From the NCBI GenBank assembly GCA_029555385.1, contig JAKPSH010000207.1, positions 7,092 to 71,091 of the forward strand: DNA of 64,000 bases, written 5' to 3'. This DNA is from Pseudomonadota bacterium. Its GTDB lineage: Bacteria > Bdellovibrionota_C > UBA2361 > SZUA-149. This document shows, one piece after another, positions 28,364-38,991 of this stretch (its first letter is position 1; the number at the start of each line of letters is the position of its first letter). Made by a program: the position numbers and the translations under genes. The notes below the pieces were generated by a model. It was not told where the DNA came from. It saw only the letters and a list, made by a program, of their open reading frames with translations, and made no database searches.

Positions 28364-29836
28364 ATGGCGAAGAAACCAGTAAGAAGGCCAAAGCCTGCCT
28401 TACGCAAGGCAAGGAGCCGGACGGACCACATCGGGATCATTGGACTGGCAACAATGGGTCCGGCGTTGGCGCTGAATTTTGCCAGTCACGGAATCCATGT
28501 CGTCGGCTGGGACTATGACCCCCGCCTGACACACGCATTCGAGAACAGGCTGCGGCCTAAATCGGGTGTGCATCTGGTCTACCAGCTCTCCGAGCTGGTT
28601 CAACTCCTGCCCAAACCCCGGACGATTCTCCTGATGATCAGGTCCGGGCCGCCCGTAGACTCCGTGCTCACGCAGCTCTACAGCCTGCTTGATACGGGAG
28701 ACATTGTCATCGACGGCGGTAATTCCGACTTTAAGGATACCGAGCGCCGGGTTACTGAAGCCGGCTCGCGCGGGGTCCTCTATGTCGGATGCGGTGTGTC
28801 CGGCGGCGAGAAAGGCGCGCTAACGGGCCCCAGTCTCATGCCCGGCGGCAACCCCGAAGCCTGGCCGCGCATCAAACCGCTTCTCGAAGCTGTTGCTGCC
28901 CGCGGCTCAAACGGCAAACCGTGCTGCTGTTGGATCGGTCCCGGCGGGGCCGGACACTTCGTGAAGACTGTACACAACGGGATGGAATACGGCATGATGC
29001 AGGTCATCGCCGAGGATTACGATATTATGCGGCGCGGTCTCGGCATGACACCTGCGGAGATCGCCCAGGTCTTCGAGAAGTGGAACAAGGGCCGTGTCGG
29101 CTCCTATCTCCTGGAGCTTTCGGCTAAAATCCTTCACCTGAAGGACCCGGAGAAGGACCGCCCAATGATCGATTCAATTCTCGATGTCGCCGGGCAGAAG
29201 GGCACGGGGATCGAGACGATCCTAGCCGCGCTCAATCTTGGGGTCTCGGTGAGCATCATCGGGACCGCTGTGGCGATTCGCCTCATGTCCAAACGGCGGG
29301 GCGAGCGGGAGCAGATTCACGATGTGATGAAGCCGAAGCGTTTCCCCCTTAAAGTGGCCTCGCGCCCCAAGTTCATTGAAATGCTCGGCGAAGCGCTCCA
29401 CGCCGCGACCCTGCTCATTTTCTCGCAAGGCTTTCGGCAGCTTCAAGCGGCCTCGGCCGAGTACGGATGGAAACTTCCGCTTGCCGAAATTGCACAGCTC
29501 TGGACCGGAGGCTGCGTCATCCGCTGTGCATGCCTCAAGGACATCGCCGCAGCTTACCTGCGGGAGCCGGACCTGACGCACCTCATGGTCGCCGACGGCA
29601 TCCGGGAAGAGATCCTGCGCTGCGAGGACAGCCTTGCGGAAGTCATCGCCGCGGCAGCACGCGCACGGATTCCCAAGCTGACGCTCAGTGCCGCACACGA
29701 ATATCTCCTGCTGATGCAGGACACCGATTTGCCGGTAAATCTGGTTGCCGCGCAGCGTGACGGATTCGGCAACCACGGCTTCTTCCGCGCCGATCGCATG
29801 GGCAGCGGTTTGTATCACCTCAGTCTGGACGACTGA
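28364..29836 (+). CDS. gnd: 6-phosphogluconate dehydrogenase, decarboxylating (long form)
   Basis: AAGGACGG SD before the ATG at 28364. NAD(P)-binding GIIGLATMGPALALN and the 6PGD signature region …GTGKWT-like …GMEYGMMQVIAEDYD…. About 490 aa with a short basic N-terminal extension. Confidence 0.9.
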   Translation: MAKKPVRRPKPALRKARSRTDHIGIIGLATMGPALALNFASHGIHVVGWDYDPRLTHAFENRLRPKSGVHLVYQLSELVQLLPKPRTILLMIRSGPPVDSVLTQLYSLLDTGDIVIDGGNSDFKDTERRVTEAGSRGVLYVGCGVSGGEKGALTGPSLMPGGNPEAWPRIKPLLEAVAARGSNGKPCCCWIGPGGAGHFVKTVHNGMEYGMMQVIAEDYDIMRRGLGMTPAEIAQVFEKWNKGRVGSYLLELSAKILHLKDPEKDRPMIDSILDVAGQKGTGIETILAALNLGVSVSIIGTAVAIRLMSKRRGEREQIHDVMKPKRFPLKVASRPKFIEMLGEALHAATLLIFSQGFRQLQAASAEYGWKLPLAEIAQLWTGGCVIRCACLKDIAAAYLREPDLTHLMVADGIREEILRCEDSLAEVIAAAARARIPKLTLSAAHEYLLLMQDTDLPVNLVAAQRDGFGNHGFFRADRMGSGLYHLSLDD

Positions 29837-29872
29837 GGAAAGCTCAAGGTTCCTCACGGGCCAACAATCGCC

Positions 29873-29932
29873 CCTTACGGTGCCACGGTGCGAATCAAGG
29901 CGATTCGCACCAGCCCGTAAGGGGCGCAATGC
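29873..29932. repeat. nested perfect hairpin after gnd (REP-like / structured element)
   Basis: Outer 12-bp stem cgccccttacgg / ccgtaaggggcg encloses an inner 10-bp stem ggtgcgaatc-aagg-gattcgcacc. No U-run follows. Confidence 0.4.
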
Positions 29933-30156
29933 CGATGCCACAGCTCATCTTTCAATTTTCACTTTACTTCCTAGGTCCATAGACTGAATCACGTAACATT
30001 TCACTCAACCTGCATATTACGCAGCTCATACTCGTCCTGCACCTGCACATTCCCAAGCCGCGCAAAGCAGGACATCATGAAGAAAGCCGCCACACGCGGT
30101 TAATACGGAGGAACACGCTGTCGTTTGGATAACATGAATTCTTGGGAGAAGAGCAT

Positions 30157-30894
30157 ATGATTAGAACACTAAAGATGATGGGCTGCTGCCTTGCGGCGGC
30201 AGTCTTATTTCCGGCTATGAGTTTTGCTCAGTATGACGAACCGCCGCATTTCGATCAAACGCCGCAGGAGTATCAGCGCGGACGGATGAAAGAGCCGCAG
30301 ATGCTCTGGCAGGAGAAAGAACAGCTTCTGCGGGATGCCTCGCGGGTCTTTAAGCAGCTTATTACGCCGAAGGCGCGAAGTGAGTATGCGCAGCATGCCA
30401 AGTGCATCGCCGTCTTTCCCGCAGTGACCGAAGCGGCAATAGCCTTGGGCGTGCGGACCAGCAGCGGAATAGCCTCGTGCAAAGGCGCAAATGCGATGTG
30501 GAGTCAGCCGAGCTTCATCGACCTGCGCGGCGCCAGCCTTGGCGTGCAGCTTGGCGCTAAGTCGACGCAGCTCGTGATGTTTCTGATGAACGACAAAGCA
30601 AAGCGCGCGCTGATCGAAGGACGCCTGACGCTCGGAGCAGACCTCAGCTACGCCTCGGGCACTTTAAGCGGTGATGCCGCTGCCGACACTGCGGGCAAGG
30701 ACATTGTCACCCTGACTGAGTCGTCGGGCGTATTTGCCGGTGCGTCGCTGAACGGCACGATCGTCAACGCCGACAACACCTCGATCCAGGCATTCTATGG
30801 CGAGGACATGTCGCACAGCGAACTGCTCAACACGTTCCGGTCAAACGAACGTTCGCCGGCAAGCGAAGACTTGAAACGGGCCTTCGCCTCGTAG
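30157..30894 (+). CDS. lipid-binding SYLF-domain (Ysc84-like/DUF500) protein, secreted
   Basis: GGGAGAAGAG SD before the ATG at 30157. Signal peptide followed by SYLF-like repeats (…RGASLGVQLGAKSTQLVMFLMNDKAKRALIEGRLTLGADLSYASGTLS…). Confidence 0.6.
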   Translation: MIRTLKMMGCCLAAAVLFPAMSFAQYDEPPHFDQTPQEYQRGRMKEPQMLWQEKEQLLRDASRVFKQLITPKARSEYAQHAKCIAVFPAVTEAAIALGVRTSSGIASCKGANAMWSQPSFIDLRGASLGVQLGAKSTQLVMFLMNDKAKRALIEGRLTLGADLSYASGTLSGDAAADTAGKDIVTLTESSGVFAGASLNGTIVNADNTSIQAFYGEDMSHSELLNTFRSNERSPASEDLKRAFAS

Positions 30895-31017
30895 CGTTGC
30901 TGAGGCGCTGCCATCTCAGCGCCAACCAAACCGGGGAAGTCCGCACCAGGCGGCTTCCCCATTTTTTTGCATGCTGCTGCCGTGAAAACGCAGAACCATT
31001 AGGGCGCTGAGCACTTC

Positions 31018-31938
31018 TCAAAACGGAGAAGTCGAACGCAGCGCCGCGCGCTCTGGTCCGTTTTGCACAGCCATCTCCCCGACCCCGCCTTTATCAAATC
31101 CATTCCACTGCGCGGATGCCGCGTTTAGCCGCATTTCAAAGCTGGCCAGTGGAAGCCCAAAACTCTCGGAGAATGCCTGCGCCGCGTCAATCCCTTCCCG
31201 CAGCCTGCCAAAATATGCGCCTAGCGCCGGCAGACCACGGCCTCGCACCAAAATGCCGACCGCAAACCTCGACTGGGCATACGCTGCTGCCGCCGCGTCC
31301 GGCGGCAGCTTGGTAAATCCGTCGTTCAGCCTAGAAAACGATATTACCATCCGCGAAGCATCGTATACTCCATGCGGTTCTGCCGCGTTCCAGCCGCCGC
31401 CTTGCTCGAACAACTGCGCGGCTCCCTCATCCACCCATGCCGGACAGCGAAAGGCGGCAGCGTGTGCCACAAGAAAATGGATGTACTCATGGCGCAGTGT
31501 GCGGCGCAGCTCAGCCAGTGCGTCTTTTCCCACATCCGGAAAGACGACGGTTATTCCATCCTCCCGGAACAGCGCCGCTGTCCAAACAGGAGCGCCGGTC
31601 AGACGCAGAAAAGATTGCTTGGAAACAACGCGCAAGACGAGCTGCGGAAGCGGACGGGCAATTAAGCTCGACCCCTCTTCCTGCACTTGCGTCAAGATGT
31701 CCTGAATCAAATAAACCAGCGCCGTTCCGGCAGGCGCATCACGCGACACGGTTTCTTCAATTTGCAGCGTTCCTTGGCGCAGCTTATGGAACGAAAATCC
31801 CACTTCGTCCGCCGCGGCCGCCGGCTTTGGCCACCATACCGCGGCAAACATAACAAGGATTGGCAGCAATGCGGAAAAATATAATCGCCGAAGAACTTCG
31901 ACGACCAGATGCTCCAACGACAAAAGCCAAAACAACAT
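31018..31938 (-). CDS. putative zinc metallopeptidase-like protein (HExxH motif), membrane-anchored
   Basis: The HEYIHFLVAH motif conforms to HExxH. N-terminal TM helix. No further family assignment is possible. Confidence 0.45.
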   Translation of the reverse strand: MLFWLLSLEHLVVEVLRRLYFSALLPILVMFAAVWWPKPAAAADEVGFSFHKLRQGTLQIEETVSRDAPAGTALVYLIQDILTQVQEEGSSLIARPLPQLVLRVVSKQSFLRLTGAPVWTAALFREDGITVVFPDVGKDALAELRRTLRHEYIHFLVAHAAAFRCPAWVDEGAAQLFEQGGGWNAAEPHGVYDASRMVISFSRLNDGFTKLPPDAAAAAYAQSRFAVGILVRGRGLPALGAYFGRLREGIDAAQAFSESFGLPLASFEMRLNAASAQWNGFDKGGVGEMAVQNGPERAALRSTSPF

Positions 31939-32650
31939 TTATTACCGGGAAAAACAACTCACACAACTGAATAATCCGGGACCGGCGCACGCCAAGCCGG
32001 CTGCCCGCTCTACTTAAGAGGCAGCCTCCGAACCGCCCGGTTCAGACAATCTATGGCGAAGGAAATATGTGACAGAAATCGCGCCGCCCTGCAAGCATCC
32101 ATCCGCAGCTTAATCGCTGAGGAATATACCGGGACGCGTATTACCTCAAGCGGCTTTATCCGCCGCCCGTGATGGCGATTAGCGCCGAGAGGAACATGCA
32201 CAAATCAACAAGCCGTAAAAGGCTTGGACCGCCGTGTAAAATAAACGTCAACAATCCTGCCGCCGTTTCTGAAAGCACCTTGATGTTGTGCGCAAATGCA
32301 CACGAGTCTCACCGCATCCATACCGCAGTCATCTTTATCCGGTCGGGGGCACCTTGCACTGCTGCGCTTATCCCGAGCTGAGCGGCAAGTTTGACTTCAT
32401 CATTAAGGATCTGGGGCTTAAGCTTGATAGTTACGGCACAGCCGGCATCACAATTGATGCCGCTGCTTAGGGTGCATGGATAGGCGGAGTAACAATATAG
32501 GAGCTGGATCTGCGCCAAGGCCAGCCAGCATTTGGCAAAGCTGCGAAAAAGGCGGCAGCTAATGTCCTCTTTCCCCATCCCCGCACGCTGCCCGGCCCCG
32601 TTGCTCGCGGCGGCACAAGCGGCGTGCGGGGAAAAACCACTGCGTCTGGA

Positions 32651-33427
32651 TCACCAGGCGAAGTCTCCATCGGGGCAGAAGCGGCGGCACGCAGCTTCTG
32701 CGACATGCCGCACTCCCTCGTTCTCGTCCTCCGCCAAGTCCATGGCCAGGGCATGCGCGCGGGACTGCAGCTCGCTGGTATGCGCTTGGTCGATCGTCGC
32801 GAGGTTGAACACGACATCAACCGCCGCCTCGACCGCGGCGATGCAGACCTGAGCGTAGCCATCGCCGTACTTGCCGGCCCAAGCCCTTTCCGCGTTCTTC
32901 TCGATACGGGCCATCAGCTCGCGCGGGAAGGTATGAAACGCTGCGGCAGCCCGCATCGCTGTCGCCACGACATCGCCGTCGCCGTCCGTGGCCGATGCCG
33001 AACGGACCGCGCGGAATGCCACCTGGCTGTGACGCTGCTTGGCGAGCAGACGCACCGCCAAAAGCCGCGTGGACTTGTGCTTGCCGCGCACAAACGGGCG
33101 GATTGCAATGATCACTTCGCGGGGCAGCGGCTCCGAGCGAACATCAAGCGCCGCAAGCACGTTGTCGGCCCAACCGACAAAGGCCTTGTCGTCGCTGCGA
33201 AACCGCTCCAGAAACCCCAGCGCCCTCACCGCCCAGTGCAGGACGCGCCCATCCGTCGCCATGCTTGCCGCGGCAAGCCAGGCGGCAACAAAGGCCCCCT
33301 GGTCATCGAAGGCATTGACATTGCGCGACGTCAGGGTGATATTCACCCGCGTCGTCACATCCAAGTACTCTTCGTGCGGCGGTCCCAGGGGTGTCCCTGG
33401 CAACCCGGAAGGCAGACCGGAACTCAT
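32651..33427 (-). CDS. hypothetical HEAT/ARM-like repeat protein
   Basis: Alpha-helical repeat composition (…LLAVRLLAKQRH…AVRALGFLERFRSDD…). The antisense ORF 32624..33517 is Arg-rich and spurious. The call is weak. Confidence 0.35.
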   Translation of the reverse strand: MSSGLPSGLPGTPLGPPHEEYLDVTTRVNITLTSRNVNAFDDQGAFVAAWLAAASMATDGRVLHWAVRALGFLERFRSDDKAFVGWADNVLAALDVRSEPLPREVIIAIRPFVRGKHKSTRLLAVRLLAKQRHSQVAFRAVRSASATDGDGDVVATAMRAAAAFHTFPRELMARIEKNAERAWAGKYGDGYAQVCIAAVEAAVDVVFNLATIDQAHTSELQSRAHALAMDLAEDENEGVRHVAEAACRRFCPDGDFAW

Positions 33428-34092
33428 CGTCAGACTCCTTTACGCAGGACTCGCCCGTCCACAGAAAGTATTCCGCACTTCCCGCTTTGTGGGCGAAAAC
33501 TTGAACATGTCCGCTGAATCGTCCACTCCTCCGGCGCGGGGTTTTTTTGGGGCGTGCGGAAATAATTAAGCGCAGGAAGGACAGGACAAACCAGCGGACA
33601 TGTCCGATATAAAACCTATTTTCGGACATTAGCTGTCAAATGAATCAACTGACTTGAAAGCAACAGTGCCTCTACTCTGGACAGCCGGCCAAAAGGCGCG
33701 AAAAAATGAACTCCTTGCGGACCAAGAAACGTGCAGTTATGCAGGTCGTCAAGATTTTTTAGCTTATTCGCAAGCATCGGGCAAGCAAAGCAATTGCCGT
33801 GCATGTTCTTCGGCCGGTGCAGCGCACCACAGCCGCCGCTTGCATCCTGGTATTTTCAGCACACCTTTTCTTTGCTACGAATAGAAATTCGTACAACCAG
33901 AATCTAATGGCTGTAATACCTTTGGTGTTCTTGCTCGGCCTTAAGATACGGTCTTTACCCTTGCTGCAAAAGTAGATCTGCTGCTTTGTGCCTTATCCTG
34001 GCAGTGCGCACTTCGCGCTTCCGGCAAAAGGCATAGAGCTGCCCAATAATGTTTTTTCTGTTTTGTCTGGTTGCTCTTTTATCTCCGCACGA

Positions 34093-34144
34093 ACTCCGGT
34101 TCCCAAGCTGCTTGAAAACCTCATTCCAACTTGGGAACCGGAGT
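34093..34144 (+). promoter_or_regulatory. 15-bp perfect inverted repeat (hairpin) in the glgX 5' leader
   Basis: actccggttcccaag (34093-34107) pairs with cttgggaaccggagt (34130-34144) across a 22-nt loop. It ends 20 nt before the glgX SD. Confidence 0.35.
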
Positions 34145-34171
34145 CTCGCATATCGGGAAAGGAGCAAACCG

Positions 34172-36220
34172 ATGACTCAACTCTATTTAAGCGAAGTTGA
34201 CCGGCCCGTTCTCGGTCCGCACCGCGTGGACGGCAAGTGGCGCGTGCGCATCGCTGCCGGGTTTGAGGCCGAAGAAGTGTCTCTGCTTCGCTTCAAGGCC
34301 CCCGGAAGCTGCGACCATGACGACCCGATCCGGCTTGACTGCGAAGGCCAGTTAATCCCGGGCGTAAACTGCTTTGCCGCGGAAGTGCCGCAGGCAAGGA
34401 CAGGGGACGAATACGGACTGCGCGTTCGCGGACCCTTCGCACCCGACCTAGGTTTTCGTTACGATGAGTGCAAGCTGCTTTCCGACCCGGCTGCGCTTCT
34501 TGGTTCAGCGCACTTTGTTGAACACGACGCGCTGTATTCAGTAGAAAAGCAAACCGGCGTGCGGAATTTTGCGGACAGCATGCCCTTTGCATCGCGTACT
34601 GTTTTTTACGACGGAAACGACGACGGCAAGTTCGACTGGGAAGATGATGCACCGGTGGTGCCCGACCCAGGCGATATGGTCATCTACGAGGGTCATGCAC
34701 GCAGTGTAACGATCAAGGTTTCCGCTGATTTGTTAAACGCAAAGCCTGGAACCTATGCGGCAATCGGGAGCGATTGGTTTCTCGATTATCTCTGCCGCCT
34801 GGGCGTCAATACCCTTGAGCTTTACTGCGTCCAATACCGGCCGATGCCCAAAGGCGGCTACTGGGGATACGATCCGCTCTTGCCCGGCGCGGTCGCGCTT
34901 CATTACGGCACGAACCCGCTGGACCCGTTGGCGACGGGGCGTGAATTCAAAGCAATGGTCAAGAAACTGCACCGCCGCGGCATCCGCGTCGTGCTCGATT
35001 TGGTGTTCAATCACACCTGCGAAGGCGACCACCGCGGGCCCACTCTCTCGCTTAAGGGATTGTACAACAAGGCCTACCGTCTTTGCGGCCAGAACGGCGC
35101 GCTGAATTTCTATTGGAACGGAAGCGGCTGCGGCAACGCACTCGATTTTGAAGAGCCGTTTGTGCAGCAACTATACCAGCAGGCGCTTGTCTCCTGGCGG
35201 CGGGTATGGCACATCGACGGCGTACGCTTCGATCTCGGCGGCATTCAACACGGAGGCCGCGGGGGCTACTATGATGAAAACCCGTTTGGCCGGAGGATGA
35301 AGGCCCATCCGGTAATCGCCGCGATGGAACCGCACATCTATGAGCCTTGGATCGGGAACGGCAACAACCTTTACCAAGTGCCGCCCCGGCCCGGGCGTGC
35401 CGTTTGGCATGCCGAGGGACGGGATGCGTTCCGTCTCTTTGCCAGAGGCGATCATGGCTCACTCGGCAAGATGATTGCCGTGCTCACCGGGTCCCGGCTG
35501 TTTTTCCCACCCGCAGAGTGCGGAGACTACCCGGCTGTGGCCTATATTACAAGCCACGACGGCTTCAACTTCGCCCAGCGGCTGCTGCACAACCATAAGT
35601 CCAATGACGACGGCCACGACAATGAGCTGAGCTGGGACTGCGGCAATGACCCGGCGCTGCGCTGGCGCATCTATAAGATGAGCATGGCGCTCCTGCTGTT
35701 TTCTCCCCTGCCGATGATCAGAGCCGGCGACGAGGTGCTCTACTACCCCGGAAACGCCGACAACAATCCTTACGATCAGGGCGACGAGGTAAACGGCGTC
35801 GACTTGCTGCATTCGTGCGGCGCAGCATACGAGTACTGCCGCGGCATTCTCGCGCTTCGCCGCCGCCATCCCACGCTGGGCCGGATGTTTTTCGATACCC
35901 CGCCCTACGGCTGCTATACTTCCTGCGGCTGCCCGATGGGAAATACCACGTGGAACACAGCAAAGATTATGGAAACGAGCCTCCTCCTGCCCGGAAGCGG
36001 GGCTAAAATTCCACAGCGCGGCGAGTCCGCTGATTTGCTGCTGATGATCAACGGCTATCATGAAGGAAGCTGCACGATGCAAGTTCCCCACCCGGCAAGG
36101 GGAACGCGCTGGGTGCGGGTCTTGCAGACGGACCTTGACGAGCCGTTTGCCGAACACGCTCTTGAGAAGCAAGAGATGTCTCTGCCCTACCGCAGCGCGG
36201 CACTGCTCGTTGCGCGTTAG
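34172..36220 (+). CDS. glgX: GH13 glycogen debranching enzyme / isoamylase (GlgX/TreX-like)
   Basis: AAGGAG SD before the ATG at 34172. Alpha-amylase family region I VLDLVFNHT and region II GVRFDLGG. N-terminal CBM48-like domain. 682 aa. Confidence 0.75.
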   Translation: MTQLYLSEVDRPVLGPHRVDGKWRVRIAAGFEAEEVSLLRFKAPGSCDHDDPIRLDCEGQLIPGVNCFAAEVPQARTGDEYGLRVRGPFAPDLGFRYDECKLLSDPAALLGSAHFVEHDALYSVEKQTGVRNFADSMPFASRTVFYDGNDDGKFDWEDDAPVVPDPGDMVIYEGHARSVTIKVSADLLNAKPGTYAAIGSDWFLDYLCRLGVNTLELYCVQYRPMPKGGYWGYDPLLPGAVALHYGTNPLDPLATGREFKAMVKKLHRRGIRVVLDLVFNHTCEGDHRGPTLSLKGLYNKAYRLCGQNGALNFYWNGSGCGNALDFEEPFVQQLYQQALVSWRRVWHIDGVRFDLGGIQHGGRGGYYDENPFGRRMKAHPVIAAMEPHIYEPWIGNGNNLYQVPPRPGRAVWHAEGRDAFRLFARGDHGSLGKMIAVLTGSRLFFPPAECGDYPAVAYITSHDGFNFAQRLLHNHKSNDDGHDNELSWDCGNDPALRWRIYKMSMALLLFSPLPMIRAGDEVLYYPGNADNNPYDQGDEVNGVDLLHSCGAAYEYCRGILALRRRHPTLGRMFFDTPPYGCYTSCGCPMGNTTWNTAKIMETSLLLPGSGAKIPQRGESADLLLMINGYHEGSCTMQVPHPARGTRWVRVLQTDLDEPFAEHALEKQEMSLPYRSAALLVAR

Positions 36221-36552
36221 GCTGGAAAAGCTGAGAAGCGCGGGGACACTATATTTCCCGCAAGCGGCATGGTTTCCCATGGGCAGCTCATGCCGCTTTT
36301 TGTTTCTCGTCCCGGATCCGGCATTAAGTTTTGCGTAATAAGCAAGAATACCGCCATCTCCCGCATTTGCTGCCAAAGTTCGCCTCCGCTAGACTTACGC
36401 AAGAACACCAGCAGCAAAGTATCCGCGGTTTTTCTCGTCCGGTTTGCATTCTATGGGAGTTCTTGTCCGCACGAGATCTGCGGCATACGGTTCTTACTGA
36501 GCTTGACACACTAAACAATAGAAAAGTCTTCCTCAGCGTCGCGCAAAAGCCA

Positions 36553-38874
36553 ATGATGCCAGTAAAGTTTCTAAATACTAAATACCTTTTCTGCTTCGTG
36601 CTTTTCACTTTAGTGAACGCAGTATTTGCGGACCCCGCGCAAGGTGAAACATTCTACCGCGAGGTTTTCGTGCGTATTCCCGAAGCCACCGGGAAAGATG
36701 CAGCGCAGAGTTCCGGCTGGAAGGCGCTGCGCAGCCGGCAGCCCGAAGGAAAACCGAGCTACCTCAAGGTATTCCCCCCGGGCTCGCCCACTATATTGCC
36801 GGCAGTAAACAGTTCACCAGCCGGAAACGAAGAAGGTCATGCACTTTGGTCGCGCACGGAAAGCGGCGCATTGATTATTTACACCGATGAAATAAGCTTC
36901 GATATCAGCGAACTCTTCTCCGTGCGCTACGAGCAGCGCTTAAATGGAATCGCCGCAAGTACACACCTTGCGCTGCTTATTGGTTCAACATGGTATATTT
37001 CCGATGCTCCGGCTTTGCAAAAGCAACGGGGGATTTGGGAAAATGTCGAGTACTCACTTGCTGGAATGACTTTCGGCACTGCCGTGCATACACCATGCTT
37101 AGGCCCGCCGCTTCCGGAGAATTCTGGTTTCCATCTGCCGCCCATCGGCCAAGTTCTTGCCTTTGGCGTGGTCGTCAAGGACGTAAACGGGCGCATCAGA
37201 ATCGACAACTTCGCCCTCAATAACCGGCACCCGGAAGGCTCGCCAGAGAAAACACCGGTGGGACCGGGCGTGAAAGATTGCCAGACAGGCGGTTTTCCGC
37301 TGGGAGACTACGGCCTTGACGCTGACGAACTGGTGCAGCTTTGCCGGGAAGATGAAACAGCGCTGGACTGTCTCGACGACCCGGACCAGGACAGCCTGGT
37401 TGAACGCGAAGAGTGGTACTACGGCACCAATCCTCTCGACCCGGACACAGACGGAGACGGGCGCCGTGACGGCGCCGAAGTAGATGACGGCAGCAGTCCG
37501 CTCGACAGCGGCAGCTTCCTCATGCCGCCGGCGGCGAAACCGTGCCTGGAATGGAATAATTTTTTCGGAATGTGGAATGTCGCCGAGCACCTTAACGCCG
37601 GCACCGCTGGACTACCGGCGCTGATCGACGTGCGCAGCATCACCGGTTCGCCGCTCGAACAATACGGGTTTTATCTGTCCGCGCTCGAACAGCGTGATAT
37701 CCTCGTTCATGAAACACCGCAGCGGCTGAGCATCCGCGACAGCTACGGCGTCGTCTGCTCGAGCGACGTTGCGGCACGGGGCACGCTGCGGCTGGCGATG
37801 ATTCAGTACAAGACCGCCTTGCCCAGCCCAGGTTCCACCCGCACTTTCCAATATGCGCTTGGCGCACCGGCAAGCATCGGTGTGCGCGGCAAACAGGTTA
37901 TTCCGTTCAACACTTTTTCGCCAAGCATCGCCGCCGGCGAAGAGAATTTCCGCGTCGCAAACTGGATCACTCTGGTTAACCAAGGGGAGTCCGGCCCTGC
38001 GGGGCCCGCCGAACTAGGGCGCTTAACTTTCTATAATCTCGACGGAGCGCAGCTTGACTCTTTCTGGCTCGCGCTTGCGCCGGGAGAACGCCGCGACTTC
38101 GCCGGCGGCCACCAGTTCGGCATTAACCGTGCCGGGCTGGTTGAGTTTGAACCCGCAAACCCGGCTGCGCGCTTTTCCGTAAGCAGCAGCCGCTATGTCT
38201 ATAACAATGCCGCGTTCGACCCCGCAGGTATTGTCACCGCATTCCGGCTCCCGGCCGCACCGCCCACCGGCAGGCCGCTTGCTGTTCCGCTTGATGCCAA
38301 GGATTACTCGGCCATCCTGGAAGTCGGCAATGTCAACACCTCCGCAGATGCCATCGAGGTCACCATCTTTAACGACACCGGAGTGCAGAAACAGCGTTAT
38401 GTGCTTTATCTTGCCCCCAAGTCTTCGTATCACATTATTACCGATGCCCTATTGGAATACGGCCGCGGCACGGCGCTGATCAAGGGCGTTGCAGCAAACA
38501 GCACGATAGCAGTGGCCATGCACTACCGCAGACGCTCCAGCGGCTCCATTAAGAATATGTTCGGCCTGGTGGCGCGGGAAGCTTTGGGCACAGCACAGTT
38601 CACGTCGTATAACACTTTTCTCGGACAGCAAACGCAGCTCTGGGGCGTCAATGCCGCGCAAACCGCCAAAGATCTGACAGTATCTTATGCCACAGGAGAA
38701 AACACTTACAGCACCAACGACACCTCTGTCGCACCACATGCGCTGAAAATCGTTAAAGTTGCCGCTCCGGCTGATCGTTACGGCGTAGTCGCCATCTCCA
38801 GCGAACCCGGCACTGTTTGGTGGAGCCTGCGCAAACATCCTGATTACGTCGTAGCACTCGCCGCTGGGGGATGA
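36553..38874 (+). CDS. large secreted protein with thrombospondin-type-3-like Ca-binding Asp repeats
   Basis: Signal peptide MMPVKFLNTKYLFCFVLFTLVNAVFA. …DPDQDSLVEREEWYYGTNPLDPDTDGDGRRDGAEVDDGSSPLD… resembles TSP3 repeats. 773 aa, with no other recognisable domain. Confidence 0.55.
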   Translation: MMPVKFLNTKYLFCFVLFTLVNAVFADPAQGETFYREVFVRIPEATGKDAAQSSGWKALRSRQPEGKPSYLKVFPPGSPTILPAVNSSPAGNEEGHALWSRTESGALIIYTDEISFDISELFSVRYEQRLNGIAASTHLALLIGSTWYISDAPALQKQRGIWENVEYSLAGMTFGTAVHTPCLGPPLPENSGFHLPPIGQVLAFGVVVKDVNGRIRIDNFALNNRHPEGSPEKTPVGPGVKDCQTGGFPLGDYGLDADELVQLCREDETALDCLDDPDQDSLVEREEWYYGTNPLDPDTDGDGRRDGAEVDDGSSPLDSGSFLMPPAAKPCLEWNNFFGMWNVAEHLNAGTAGLPALIDVRSITGSPLEQYGFYLSALEQRDILVHETPQRLSIRDSYGVVCSSDVAARGTLRLAMIQYKTALPSPGSTRTFQYALGAPASIGVRGKQVIPFNTFSPSIAAGEENFRVANWITLVNQGESGPAGPAELGRLTFYNLDGAQLDSFWLALAPGERRDFAGGHQFGINRAGLVEFEPANPAARFSVSSSRYVYNNAAFDPAGIVTAFRLPAAPPTGRPLAVPLDAKDYSAILEVGNVNTSADAIEVTIFNDTGVQKQRYVLYLAPKSSYHIITDALLEYGRGTALIKGVAANSTIAVAMHYRRRSSGSIKNMFGLVAREALGTAQFTSYNTFLGQQTQLWGVNAAQTAKDLTVSYATGENTYSTNDTSVAPHALKIVKVAAPADRYGVVAISSEPGTVWWSLRKHPDYVVALAAGG

Positions 38875-38991
38875 CCCCCTCCGGGATATGAAAACCTGGC
38901 GCTATGCCGCCGTCCGGCAAAAGTCATTGCCGAATCATCAAGCCGCAAAACCCGTTTTCATGAACCAGCAATCTGGGCTAAGTTCCACAGT

